Below are positions 10,393-20,192 of a stretch of 48,308 nt of DNA, piece after piece. Location: the NCBI GenBank assembly GCA_000934665.2, contig JYFJ02003969.1, positions 1 to 48,308 on the forward strand, read 5' to 3'. The position numbers and the translations under genes were made by a program. A model generated the notes under the pieces. That model did no database searches, was not told where the DNA came from, and saw nothing but the letters and a program-made list of their open reading frames with translations. Source of the DNA: Catajapyx aquilonaris. Taxonomy: Eukaryota. Position 1 is the first letter of the stretch, and every line of letters starts with the position of its first letter.

Positions 10393-11206
10393 GTAAATGC
10401 ATTTTGGCAAATTCATTCATCATTTCTCCAGTTGTGAATTGGTTGCTGCTAACATTTCACTTTCTACACCCTTACATACTTTATTGAATTTTCTAACTAT
10501 GCTTGAGGAAATGCTTAGGTTTGAACTTTATAAGTGGCTTTAGTTAACCAGTTTTTTGACAATTAAAGAATGAAGTATTCTTGATGACCCAGGCTCCACA
10601 TATGTTACTGCATCCGGTGGAATTCTGCTACAGCGAAATATGATTGGTTAGAAATGCCTTTCATCTTGACTATTTAAAAAGGCAGGAGAGTTCCTTGTAA
10701 ATTTTCTGTGGTTTCAAAAGTGTGTCTATATTTGTGATATCTAGCAACAATGTCAACCACTTGACGAACAGTTAAAGGCTAAGCATTAATACTTACCCAA
10801 TTCCAGTGTAGATCACCAACCCCCAAAAAGTGGAGGTGGGGGTAATAAACAAAATGTGATAAAAAATCTTCATTACGATCATCTGGACTTTAGAATGGTT
10901 TTGTCAGGAGCGGCATTCATCCCTGACCATTTGCGCCGCCCACTGGCGGCACTTTTGTATTTAAGAGCGGGGTCGTCCCCCTTCGCTCTCTGGCCAAAAA
11001 ATAGACAAATTGGGAAGTTGTTATGATGTGCAAAACCTTACACATAAAGAAAGAAATCCATGACTTAATTTTTGCTTCTAGGAAAGCCTATGCAGTATGG
11101 GAAAGTATAATATTCATAGTGATCTTACACAATATGTAAGCATGTAAAAAGCAAGGAACCAGTATTACACGAAATATCCTTGTTTGATAATATGCTTTTC
11201 TTGCAG

Positions 11207-11631
11207 GGCTGACTGCAAATGGCTACAAGATCTTTCTTCAGCTGATGTCCCTTCATAATCCCAAAGTGGTCCTGTCCGTGCTCCCCATCTTTCTGAAAGA
11301 TCATTGGAATTCATACCAGAACCGACAAGCTATTGGCCTTTCCTTGCTCTGGGCTGTTGGACAGTGTGGAGTGAGAGGAGACTTGAGCCTGGCCCTCAAG
11401 GTGTGGATGGAGCTGATGCTCCCTGCCATCCACCTTAAGAACTACTCCAGATACGTGGTAGATTATTTGGCCGAACTCTTCAAAGAGAACCCAGGTGGTG
11501 GTCGGGGCCAGTCCCAAGAGAGCCTTTCCCAAAAGGATTTCTTTGCCCTGATGGACCTGGTATTTTCTGCCCAGCTTGGAGTACACCCACTCATCAGGAA
11601 GGATCTGCTTGCAATCTATCCTAAGATGAAG
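11207..11631 (+). CDS. TMEM214: TMEM214 coding exon 4
   Basis: ttgcag|gg...aag|gtatat; GYKIFLQ...GLSLLWAVGQCG...LKVWMELMLP...IYPKMK are conserved TMEM214 motifs. Confidence 0.96.
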
Positions 11632-11931
11632 GTATATTGCAGGGGAATGGTGGGCCTTTGGATTAGGGAGGACATTCTAGATATCTGGAATATTAATCAT
11701 ACACATATATGCTTTTCTAACAAAAGTCACTTCTTTACTTTGCTACACTCATTTGTCGGAAGAACTAATCTTCCTATTCCTGCTAAGTGTTTCATGCTCA
11801 ATCATGACATTAGATAATCGACAGAGATTCTGCAGTAATTCTCTGTACACTCATTCCCTTGGTCTTCTATCTAACTGTGAATTCTCTTGTTTTTTATTGC
11901 AAACTAGTGAAGTGTTTGTGGCCCTGCATTA

Positions 11932-12243
11932 GGAGTGTTTCATATGAGCAATTTGATCAGCGATAAACATCACTGAGAAATGCAAGCCGTAGCAGTTCTG
12001 ATATCACTAGTCACTACACGAGTGATCGTGGTTGCATTGCTGTGTGCAGCCACAGTACTGCCTCCTAAATACAGTATGGTGTGCTGCCACTTCTTTGGTT
12101 GATTTGACAATGACTTCATGCATATCAGATCTATTTCAAATAGACCTAAGCGATTTCATCAGTGATGCTCTCGCTTCCCAAATGTGACTGCCCAAACAAT
12201 TTGTTTTTATCGCTGATCAACTCACTCATATGTAAATGTGGCC
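11932..12243. mobile_element. PIF/Harbinger-type (Tourist-like) MITE
   Basis: TTA on both sides; inverted catatgag...tgatcagcgataaa / tttatcgctgatca...ctcatatg. Confidence 0.65.
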
Positions 12244-12317
12244 TTAGCATCAATTCTTGAAAAGAAAATGACAGTGTCTGAAATCAATGTAATTAATAAG
12301 ATAAAATATTGTTTCAG

Positions 12318-12713
12318 ACATGTGCTTTTGGCTCATCTTCCAATAATGCCAACAACAAGCGCCTGCGGCCCTTTTTTGCACCATTATTGTCCCGCCTTCT
12401 GCCAGCTGCACCACAACCGTTGAGGGAGGAGCTCCTATCCTGCCTCCTCCTCTGCCTTTCCTCTGACTCGACCTACTGTTTCCAACAGTGGTCTGGACAG
12501 TTGTACCCCCAGCACCTCTCACAGTCCGCAGTACTTCTTGGTCATTTCAACCAAAGTTGGAAAGCCCTGCAGCGGAATCCACCACAAGCTCATGTTGTTG
12601 CAGGAGTGAAGCAGGCAGTGATGCAAATGGACCAACAGAACAAGCAGATGATGGGCAAAGGGAGCAAGCTGGCAAAGCTCACAGGGTTGAAAGAATGCAA
12701 CAAACAGGTGCAG
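12318..12713 (+). CDS. TMEM214: TMEM214 coding exon 5
   Basis: ttcag|aca...cag|gtaaga, 396 nt; ELLSCLLLCLSSD...W...LYPQHLSQSAVLLGH. Confidence 0.95.
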
Positions 12714-12918
12714 GTAAGATCTGTGATGGTTGCTGGTTTAGTTAACACTGGTTTGTAGGTGGAACACATGTTACGCTAGCAAGGATTTTTTTTTTGTTAT
12801 ACCGTTATCTGATCTTTTCTCTGAAAAGGAATAGTTTGTGTTGCATTTTCTGACTATCAGTTGAATATAAATCGCAAGTTTCCAACAGCAGAAAGTGTAC
12901 AAATATTCTCAACTATTA

Positions 12919-13298
12919 AGGTGTGTTTACATGTGGGAGATTTGATCGGAGATTTGCATCTCCCAAGATGAAATCCTAACAAAAGCAGTGATTTGGGCCG
13001 AAAGTAGCAATCGCGTTTAAGAAGGGAGGGCATCGGCTTTGACATCGCTCAGGTCTGTTTGAAATATGAGATGGCGATGACATCGCCACGGCATGCCAAC
13101 AGTACAGTTACTGGTTACAGGTACAGGCTACTGTACTGTTGGCATGCCTTGGCGATGCACGTCACCAGCATGTAAACACACGGGCGATGTATAAGCACTA
13201 TCGCTTGGGTCATAAGGTCAGAACCGCTACAATTCACGGGCGATGATATCGCCTGCAATACAAATCTCCGATCAAAACTCTCATGTGGAAACGCACCT
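12919..13298. mobile_element. PIF/Harbinger-type MITE
   Basis: TTA|aggtgtgttt...ttgatcggagatttg ... caaatctccgatcaa...aaacgcacct|TTA; internal hairpin 13081-13157. Confidence 0.8.
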
Positions 13299-13308
13299 TT
13301 ATTACTGA

Positions 13309-13664
13309 CAAGGGGGTAGTCACTTCATAGAGCCAGTCTACACCCTCCCTGGTAAGCCTCGGAGAGCCGGGGAGAGCTGGGGCAAAACACGACTTTGTCC
13401 CTCATCATTCCTCATCATATGACGTAGTTTGCCTTTGGCGGCCTCCTGGGCCCACCCTAGCCCTCCGCGACTCTGCTGCCCACCCCAGCTCTCCTCAGCT
13501 CTCCCGGCTCACCAACATGCTCATCAGTGAGTATACACCGGCTGACCCATGGTCTTACTGGCTCACCGATGCAGCAGAGAGCCGGGGAGAGTCCTGGAGA
13601 GCTGGGGAGAGCCGCAATTCAAGGGAGCCGGTGTACACTTTTTTGAGGAGAGACTACCCCCCTG
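13309..13664. mobile_element. hAT-type MITE with 8-bp TSD
   Basis: Exact TSD attactga at 13301-13308 and 13665-13672; TIR caagggggtagtc / gactacccccctg; internal gagagc(c/t)gggga repeats. Confidence 0.85.
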
Positions 13665-14076
13665 ATTACTGATTTCATCAATTTTTATCCCTGCAAACCA
13701 AAGGGGGGGAAAGAGTGAGAGGGACGAACTCCCCCTCGAACCATATCATGTTGCATTATGAGATTATCTTGTTTAATTTCATGTTGAAAGGGAAAGCATT
13801 TAGATACCCTCAGCTTCCATCTGGTTCAAACTTTCATCAACAGATGTCTGGACCACCACTAGAGAAGCTGCAGATCAATGCAGGATCAATAATCTCCCTC
13901 TCATTGTGCCTCTCTCTCTCTCTCTCACTCCCTTGCCATCCTCCGTTTCATTTCAAGGGGCAGTGGGGAAGGGGAAATAATGTGACTCAGAATTGTTGGA
14001 TAGAATTGACTCGTGACCTTCTAGAACATTTCCTGGGTTTTATTGGTGCTGACTTCATCTGGTGTAATTGTTGCAG

Positions 14077-14197
14077 TTCCTGATGGCCAAAATGAACAGG
14101 CACCGTTCCTTCCCATGGCGATGGGCAAACCTCTTCCTGCTTGCAGCCATTGTCACACTTGTAGCCTATGATGTGCGCAACAATGGAAGTTTTAAAG
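14077..14197 (+). CDS. TMEM214: TMEM214 coding exon 6 (transmembrane segment)
   Basis: ttgcag|ttc...g|gtcagt; FLMAKMNRHRSFPWRWANLFLLAAIVTLVAYDVRNNGSFK has the FPW-TM-D...SF signature. Not in the ORF track. Confidence 0.93.
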
Positions 14198-14251
14198 GTC
14201 AGTGCCGTCTTAATTATTGCTTTGTTAAAGGGGTGCTCTGAGGGTCTTATA

Positions 14252-14398
14252 CAATCAAATCGCGATAACTTGAACCACCATGGGACCAAGAAAATATTCG
14301 ACTTATCGATATTACGTACATTACAGTATATGGAGATTTCCCCAAGTCCAAGATTTTCTTTGACTTGTCGAGAATTTCGAGTTATCGGGATTTGACTG
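14252..14398. mobile_element. Short pogo/Tigger-type MITE
   Basis: TA|caatcaaatcgcgataacttgaa ... ttcgagttatcgggatttgactg|TA. Confidence 0.8.
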
Positions 14399-14943
14399 TA
14401 GAAAAAATTTAGTGGGTGTGGGTGTGTAACTTGACACCCTGCAATAACAGGGTAATGAACCCATATGATGTGACTTGTCAATGCCACAGTACTCTCCATT
14501 AGGAGGCGTGATGCCATCAGATGCACACAAGGAGTTGGCCATGCAATAGCCACAATACCATGCAATGTCATTTTTATGGAATTTATTATGTTGAAGGAAC
14601 TATTCAGTATAAATAATTTTGTTGCATTATTAAGGAAAGTGTGTGGTATATCAGGTAGCAGTGTTGTACAGTACTTGTACAAAAAAAATTACATTTATAC
14701 GCCATGGGCCTCCTGTGACGCTCCTGTAACGCTGTTTTCTGTAACGCTCGAGTTTTCCTGCATGCCCCCTGATCTTTTTTTAAAGACATATCCACGTCAA
14801 AAATTATGCTGCTAGTAATACCTAATACAGTACAACGTAAGTGCAATGTAAATAGTTGTTTTACTGTCTTTTAGTGCATGGTGCACAGCAAATTAAACTT
14901 ATGTTTTTTGGAACTTATGCAATTGTTTTTTAAAACCCTAATA

Positions 14944-15069
14944 TAGTTGACTCTGGATATAACAGACTTTAAGGCACCGGGGATTAAGTCTGTTGTAACT
15001 GAGGTTTGTTTTAGCCAAATCGCCTCTTTTGCAACAAATACAGAAAGTTTTCTGCTTTCCATATGCTTA
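14944..15069. mobile_element. Partial Tigger-type MITE (same family as 18374-18760)
   Basis: tagttgactctggatataacagacttt matches cagttgaatctggatataacagacttt at 18374; only one end is present. Confidence 0.6.
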
Positions 15070-15071
15070 TA

Positions 15072-15657
15072 CAGTAAAACTTCTGAGTCGAATCTTCATG
15101 GGACCGGAAAAATAGAAGATGCAAGTTAGAGAAGTTTGGATTTTTTAAAAGCACGTAACTCTATAAGGAAGCCTACCTTTATATCCAGCGACGAAAGGTG
15201 TTCAAAACTTAAAAACTATCACTATCACACTTACAATGTTCCTCGTTGTTTTGGTGTTAAAAAAAACTCTGTTATGGACTTTTGCCTACTCTTAGATTCA
15301 AGGATTCAATTGTCACAATCGAGTCAAACACTTCTTTTGGTACGTCTGGTAGACGGAGATCAGGAAAGTCTGTCTTTCTGTACATGTGGCCTACTCTCGA
15401 CCCTTCAGCTGGGAAATGAGACAATTTTCCGTACTCGCTGACATGAACTTCGACATAGGGAAACTGAAAATGCATTTATATCCCATCATAAGGCCCTGCC
15501 AGCACTTCGAGTTATGGAGAACTTTGAGTTATAGCTAGATTCGAGTTAGGGAAGTTTATTTCATATTATTTTACATTGTGACCAACCAAGCTCATCATTT
15601 TCTTCAACTTATAAAGAACTTCGACTTAGGAAATTTCGACTTATAGAAGTTTTACTG
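15072..15657 (-). mobile_element. pogo/Tigger-type MITE, copy 2
   Basis: TA|cagtaaaacttc...gaagttttactg|TA; collinear with 865-1362 but retains an extra subterminal segment. Confidence 0.9.
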
Positions 15658-15692
15658 TAATGCACGCTACTTCATACATTAATGAAACAGAA

Positions 15693-15999
15693 AGAGTAGG
15701 CCTTACTGGCGTGTGGGAGGCGGCAGGGTATGTCGTGGCTGGGGGGAGCTTGGCTCAGTCGCAAAGGCAAGGATGCAAAGATTGATTTTTTGGATTTTGG
15801 AAGGGGTATGCTGTACCAACCTAACCTAACCTAACCAAGCCTAACCTTCCTTCCTTGCAGATACAGACCTATCTTCAGCCATACAGACCTATCTTCAACG
15901 GATTACACGCCCATCCTTTATCCTTGCCTTTGCGACACAGCCCGCTGCCCCCATTGACTATTACCCTCCCGCCTCACGCACGCCAGTAAGGCCAACTCT
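15693..15999. mobile_element. Unclassified MITE with about 90 bp imperfect TIRs and internal (CCTAA)n
   Basis: agagtaggccttactggcgtg...gtcgcaaaggcaaggat versus atccttgcctttgcgac...cacgccagtaaggccaactct; centre has aacctaacctaacctaacc and two copies of atacagacctatcttca. Confidence 0.75.
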
Positions 16000-16110
16000 A
16001 CCCTGCAAAATTAGCTCACCTGTAAATTACGCAGAACCAAAAAATTGATAATTTTCTTCTGCCGTCCCCTTGTTGCCAAATATACTAGAAAATTTCTTCT
16101 CACTCTTCAG

Positions 16111-16364
16111 ATTCGAGTGTTGGGCGTTTCCTGACCGATGTGGGCTTGATGCCTCATTGTGAACTGGCGGCCGCTAAGGTCCGTCTTGGGTATGAATGGG
16201 CCTGCATCAATGGACCTCGCTACTGGGCCACGACAATGGAGGTCTGCCGCCCATACCTCAAGGTTGTCAGGGATGGATTAACCTTGGCACTGGGTCAGCT
16301 TGCCAACCTTATGGCCAACATTGGCGCCTTTGTTAGGGTGAAAGCACCCATGTTGGTTGACAAG
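16111..16364 (+). CDS. TMEM214: TMEM214 coding exon 7
   Basis: cttcag|at...aag|gtgaga; (D)SSVGRFLTDVGLMP...PYLKVV...PMLVDK. Confidence 0.92.
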
Positions 16365-16628
16365 GTGAGATTACATGTTGTCTGTAGCCTGGAGCTACTT
16401 GAACCTATAAAATAATGCAAAAGGAGCAAACACCAAGAGTTTTGGTTATACTCAAAAACATTTTCCTATTTTGTGTCATCTCAGGATGAGGGTGGCCTAA
16501 GCTACTTTCTGACTAGGGAAGAATAGTAGACTAATAAACTAACTTGTAAGTCCATACCTGTATACTTCTGTGTATTCCAATTTGTGTAAATTTTGACTGA
16601 TATTTGTTTCCATTGCTTTTGTGCCTTA

Positions 16629-16755
16629 GGGCCGGTTTCACCGAGCTTGGTATATGATAAAACCAGGTTTCTTTAGGAAAATCCCATACAAATAGATAGG
16701 GATTTTGAGAAAGAACCCTGGTTTTATCATATACTGAGCTCGGTGAAACCGGCCC
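16629..16755. mobile_element. Palindromic PIF/Harbinger-type MITE (127 bp)
   Basis: TTA|gggccggtttcaccgagct...agctcggtgaaaccggccc|TTA; almost fully self-complementary. Confidence 0.88.
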
Positions 16756-17296
16756 TTAGTAATAACTAGCCACTGAGGCTGTTCTTCGCACTGCCTGTTT
16801 CCATGGTTTGATGCCATGTAGACCCGTTACAATGGACAAACAAATGAACAGACACAAGTTCAACATTATGTACTACCGATAGGCCTACTGTATCAATTAA
16901 TAAATACAGTAATTGGGAAACTTTCTTCCGCACATGTAAACAAACACATGACATAGGCAGTTCTTTGGAGCAACATCTTTACACTGTGTACATGCGGTGT
17001 TCCTCAGGGATCCGAGTTACGTACAAATCCGCCTTATGGACATTTTCAGGAACGTAACCCCATTCACAGACGGGGGACTACCTGTATTTCTTCAGTTCCT
17101 GTTACGGACTAAGGGATGTTCTAGGACCTAGGAGTAGAAGATCAACTCTAATAGGTACACACTCTTTCTCAAGTCACTGCAGGACACCATTTTATTATAA
17201 GTATTCTGTGATTGTCATGGAAGAAGAGAGAGAGTTCAGATGCGCATGAAGCACGAGTTTGATGCTATTAATTAATAAAAAAACATTTTTCTAAAA

Positions 17297-17410
17297 TCTA
17301 CTTATAGTATAAGGCAAAGTTTGTTTGTGTGTTTGTTTGTCCATGGCAACTGGTTTTTGTTGGCGATTATCATGGAAACAGGCCATGCGAAGAATGGGCT
17401 CCGCAGCTAG
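17297..17410 (+). mobile_element. Non-autonomous Helitron
   Basis: A|TC start, internal (tttg)n microsatellite, subterminal hairpin gccatgcgaagaatgggc, CTAG|T end, no TSD. Confidence 0.7.
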
Positions 17411-17499
17411 TACATATGCAGTACTATACCAACAAATTTTGTGCTTTAAATTAATACTGATGATGAGCATGATAACATCTGCCTAAATCTTCATTTTAG

Positions 17500-17651
17500 C
17501 TCAACTCATATGCTCCTGGCCTGAGTGCATCAGTGCAGCATTACTCTTGGGAAGCGTGGCTTGTGGCACAGCAGTACTTTGGTGTGGCACTGGAGTTCCT
17601 GGGGTACTATGTTCGGATAGCATTCGTTTGGCTCAAGGAAAATGTGTTTGT
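17500..17651 (+). CDS. TMEM214: TMEM214 coding exon 8
   Basis: ttttag|ctc...gt|gtgagt; LNSYAPGL...WLKENVFV; phase 2 matches the next exon. Confidence 0.9.
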
Positions 17652-17734
17652 GTGAGTATTGTTGGCTTTCCCCATTGTAAAAGAAAAAGGAAGAATATGT
17701 GTTAATATATGGATGCTACTACTCTTTCAAACAG

Positions 17735-17849
17735 TGGCCAACTGTCTCCTGAGAACCTCCAGAAGTACACCTGGAATGCTCTGGATGCAGCACAGCAGTA
17801 CGCCCTCAAAACATACGAGTGGGTCTCCCATCAGGTCACGGCCAAGTGA
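17735..17849 (+). CDS. TMEM214: TMEM214 last coding exon
   Basis: aacag|t ggc; GQLSPENLQKY...YEWVSHQVTAK*. The nine exons sum to 2145 nt (714 aa plus stop) with no internal stop. Confidence 0.9.
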
Positions 17850-18083
17850 GCAGTGGCTGTTGCAGTGACAAGAATCAGTAATAATGGAGATGTGTTTATT
17901 ACGTGGAAATTTAGTTTATTATTTTTGTGGCAGGTGGTTGGGACCAGAAAAGTGATTCTTTTTGGGGATTGTGTCCAGTATATTTTTTATTATTTGTATT
18001 TTTTTGTGGACAGGGTAGGGATGAAGCAACGAGCATATTTTTCATTTCATTTTGTGACGAGAGAGGGAGTGAGGGTCACTCGT

Positions 18084-18089
18084 AATAAA
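18084..18089 (+). terminator. Candidate polyadenylation signal of TMEM214
   Basis: AATAAA 235 nt after the stop, with GT-rich sequence downstream. Confidence 0.5.
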
Positions 18090-18373
18090 GTGTGCCAATT
18101 GAACCATGTGTTATGTTTGGAGCATCCTATTCCTTGTCTATGGAACCCTGAATGCTGTTTCAGGGGCATGGGACACCTCGCTGCAAATCAAGCATCTACA
18201 AATTCAAGGTGGCCGAATTAATGTGAGTTAGGACTAGTAAGCATACTTGAAATTCCCACACCTTGACAATGTGGGAATATAGGCTATTCACCATCTCCGT
18301 AATTTTACACACTTGCAAGCATATACAGCAGCATTAACAGCTTAAAGAAAGCTGTGCCACTAGAATCGCTATA

Positions 18374-18760
18374 CAGTTGAATCTGGATATAACAGACTTT
18401 CAGTTATAACAGACTCGAAAGGCCGGTCCTTTATGGGGGGGTTAATGTCGGCCTATTTCTGCCACTTGGCCACTCTGGGGATCTTTAACGTGCACTCTTG
18501 CAATGTCACAAGCACATTTGACCGACGGCTTTACTTCCCCTCCGAAGGAAGGCACACTCTTACTTTTCTACCACCCGGAGAAAAGTCACAGTCCGGGTTC
18601 GAACCCACAACTTTGGGACTCGAGGCGAGCACGCTAACCACCAGGAATCCAGTGCTGGCAAAGGCCAGTCCTATAGCATACTTCCATATCATTATGGCCT
18701 GTGTATTCAGTTATAATAGAGTGATTTCTGCGGTCCCTTGAAGACTGGCGAATTCAACTG
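18374..18760. mobile_element. Tigger-type MITE interrupted by a SINE
   Basis: TA|cagttgaat ... attcaactg|TA. Confidence 0.8.
18431..18659 (-). mobile_element. tRNA-derived SINE nested in the MITE
   Basis: The - strand head tggtggttagcgtg...gggttcgaaccc gives Pol III A and B boxes; 13-bp TSD aaaggcc(g/a)gtcct at 18418-18430 and 18660-18672. Confidence 0.85.
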
Positions 18761-20162
18761 TAATTGCAAAAAATTGGGTCACTACGCCACTACTGACATT
18801 TGTGGGTCATAACATGCATTCAAATAGACAAAAAGACTTATTTGAAATATATAATTTTATTTATACACGAGTAAGATTAAATTTGAATGATATATCTGAG
18901 GCTGCATCATTTTTCTCTCCATAACTTCTTAGAAGACAGTATTGTGAACCTGTAATTTGATGCAAATATTATGATGAACTTATTTAATACAGTTTGCAAG
19001 TGATGCAGCGACTAAACATCTACGGTGTGCAAGAGGTAACCTCGATTCAAAACTCCCACCGCCTTACGGATCGACATCTGATGAGACACAATCAAAACAC
19101 GAGCCCTCCTCGGATGTGCCCGTAGGCGCTATGGCCATCTGGCCCTCACCTCTAGAACTAACTGGTCACCCAAACTTGACCAATTGCCCACACTTGATTC
19201 GTAGTGCCATCTCCCGGATAGACACACGAATTTGTGGCGCGCAGAGGTTGTGAAAATATCAGGGACAATATAATAATGTGCCTGATATTTATTATAATTG
19301 TTATAATGCATTCTCTCATAGTTATCGTATATATGCATTACAATCTACTGCACGGTATCAGCAATGTATGTGCGATACACACGGTACACAGACTTGAGTT
19401 GAACAATAGAAAGTATCATATCTACGAAATACATTCCGCACTACCATCTCTGAGCCCTATATTATAACAAAATCCTTTATAGATTTATTTATCATAACTC
19501 TGCAGATATGCTGCACCTTATTTTTTAAAAAATTGCAATATTTTGGACCATTTTTTCTTTATCATTATGATAAAGCATTATATAAAAACAGAACATTGAG
19601 CTTAGATGTGAGAGTCCGGCACAAAAATGCGAGGGAAACGACATCCCGCAGAGTGGAGATAAATACATTCGGAGTTGAGAGAACTTAGCTGTCAGGTCAG
19701 TGAAGGGGAAAAAGTCAAGTCGAGTTGAAGAAAGCAGACATGAGAAAAGAAGTGGGAATGGTAGGGACATGGAAGGGGAAGGAAAAAAAAACTGATATGG
19801 GACGCTTTGAGGGGGGATACACGTCTTAATAATTCTAAAGAGCTGCTCTGCACATTTCCCTCGAATGCAAATATAAGTGGGGCGGTGTGGGGAAAAAATG
19901 ACGAGTTGACATGTGACATGCGCTGCAAATTAACGAGCCTGTTGTCGGAGACAAAAACTGTTGTGTCCACCCTTGCGGAAGTTCTCAGCATTTTCTAAAC
20001 AAGGCTGTAAAAAATTGTGACATGTAACCATCTCCAGGTGGGTTCATGTACAAGGAAATGCGCAACATTTGCTAACATGTAATGAAAATGATGATAGCGA
20101 ATGTTTTTGGCAAATTGTTTGATAATACGTTCTATGCTATATATTTCATGTAACAAAATATT

Positions 20163-20192
20163 AAAATATCGAAAATATCGAAAATATCGAAA
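20163..20192. repeat. (aaaatatcg)3 short tandem repeat
   Basis: Seen directly. Confidence 0.8.

Noticed and set aside
13987..14682. Longest ORF in the track (231 aa, - strand)
   Set aside because: Antisense to TMEM214 exon 6 and runs through a MITE; no recognisable domain.
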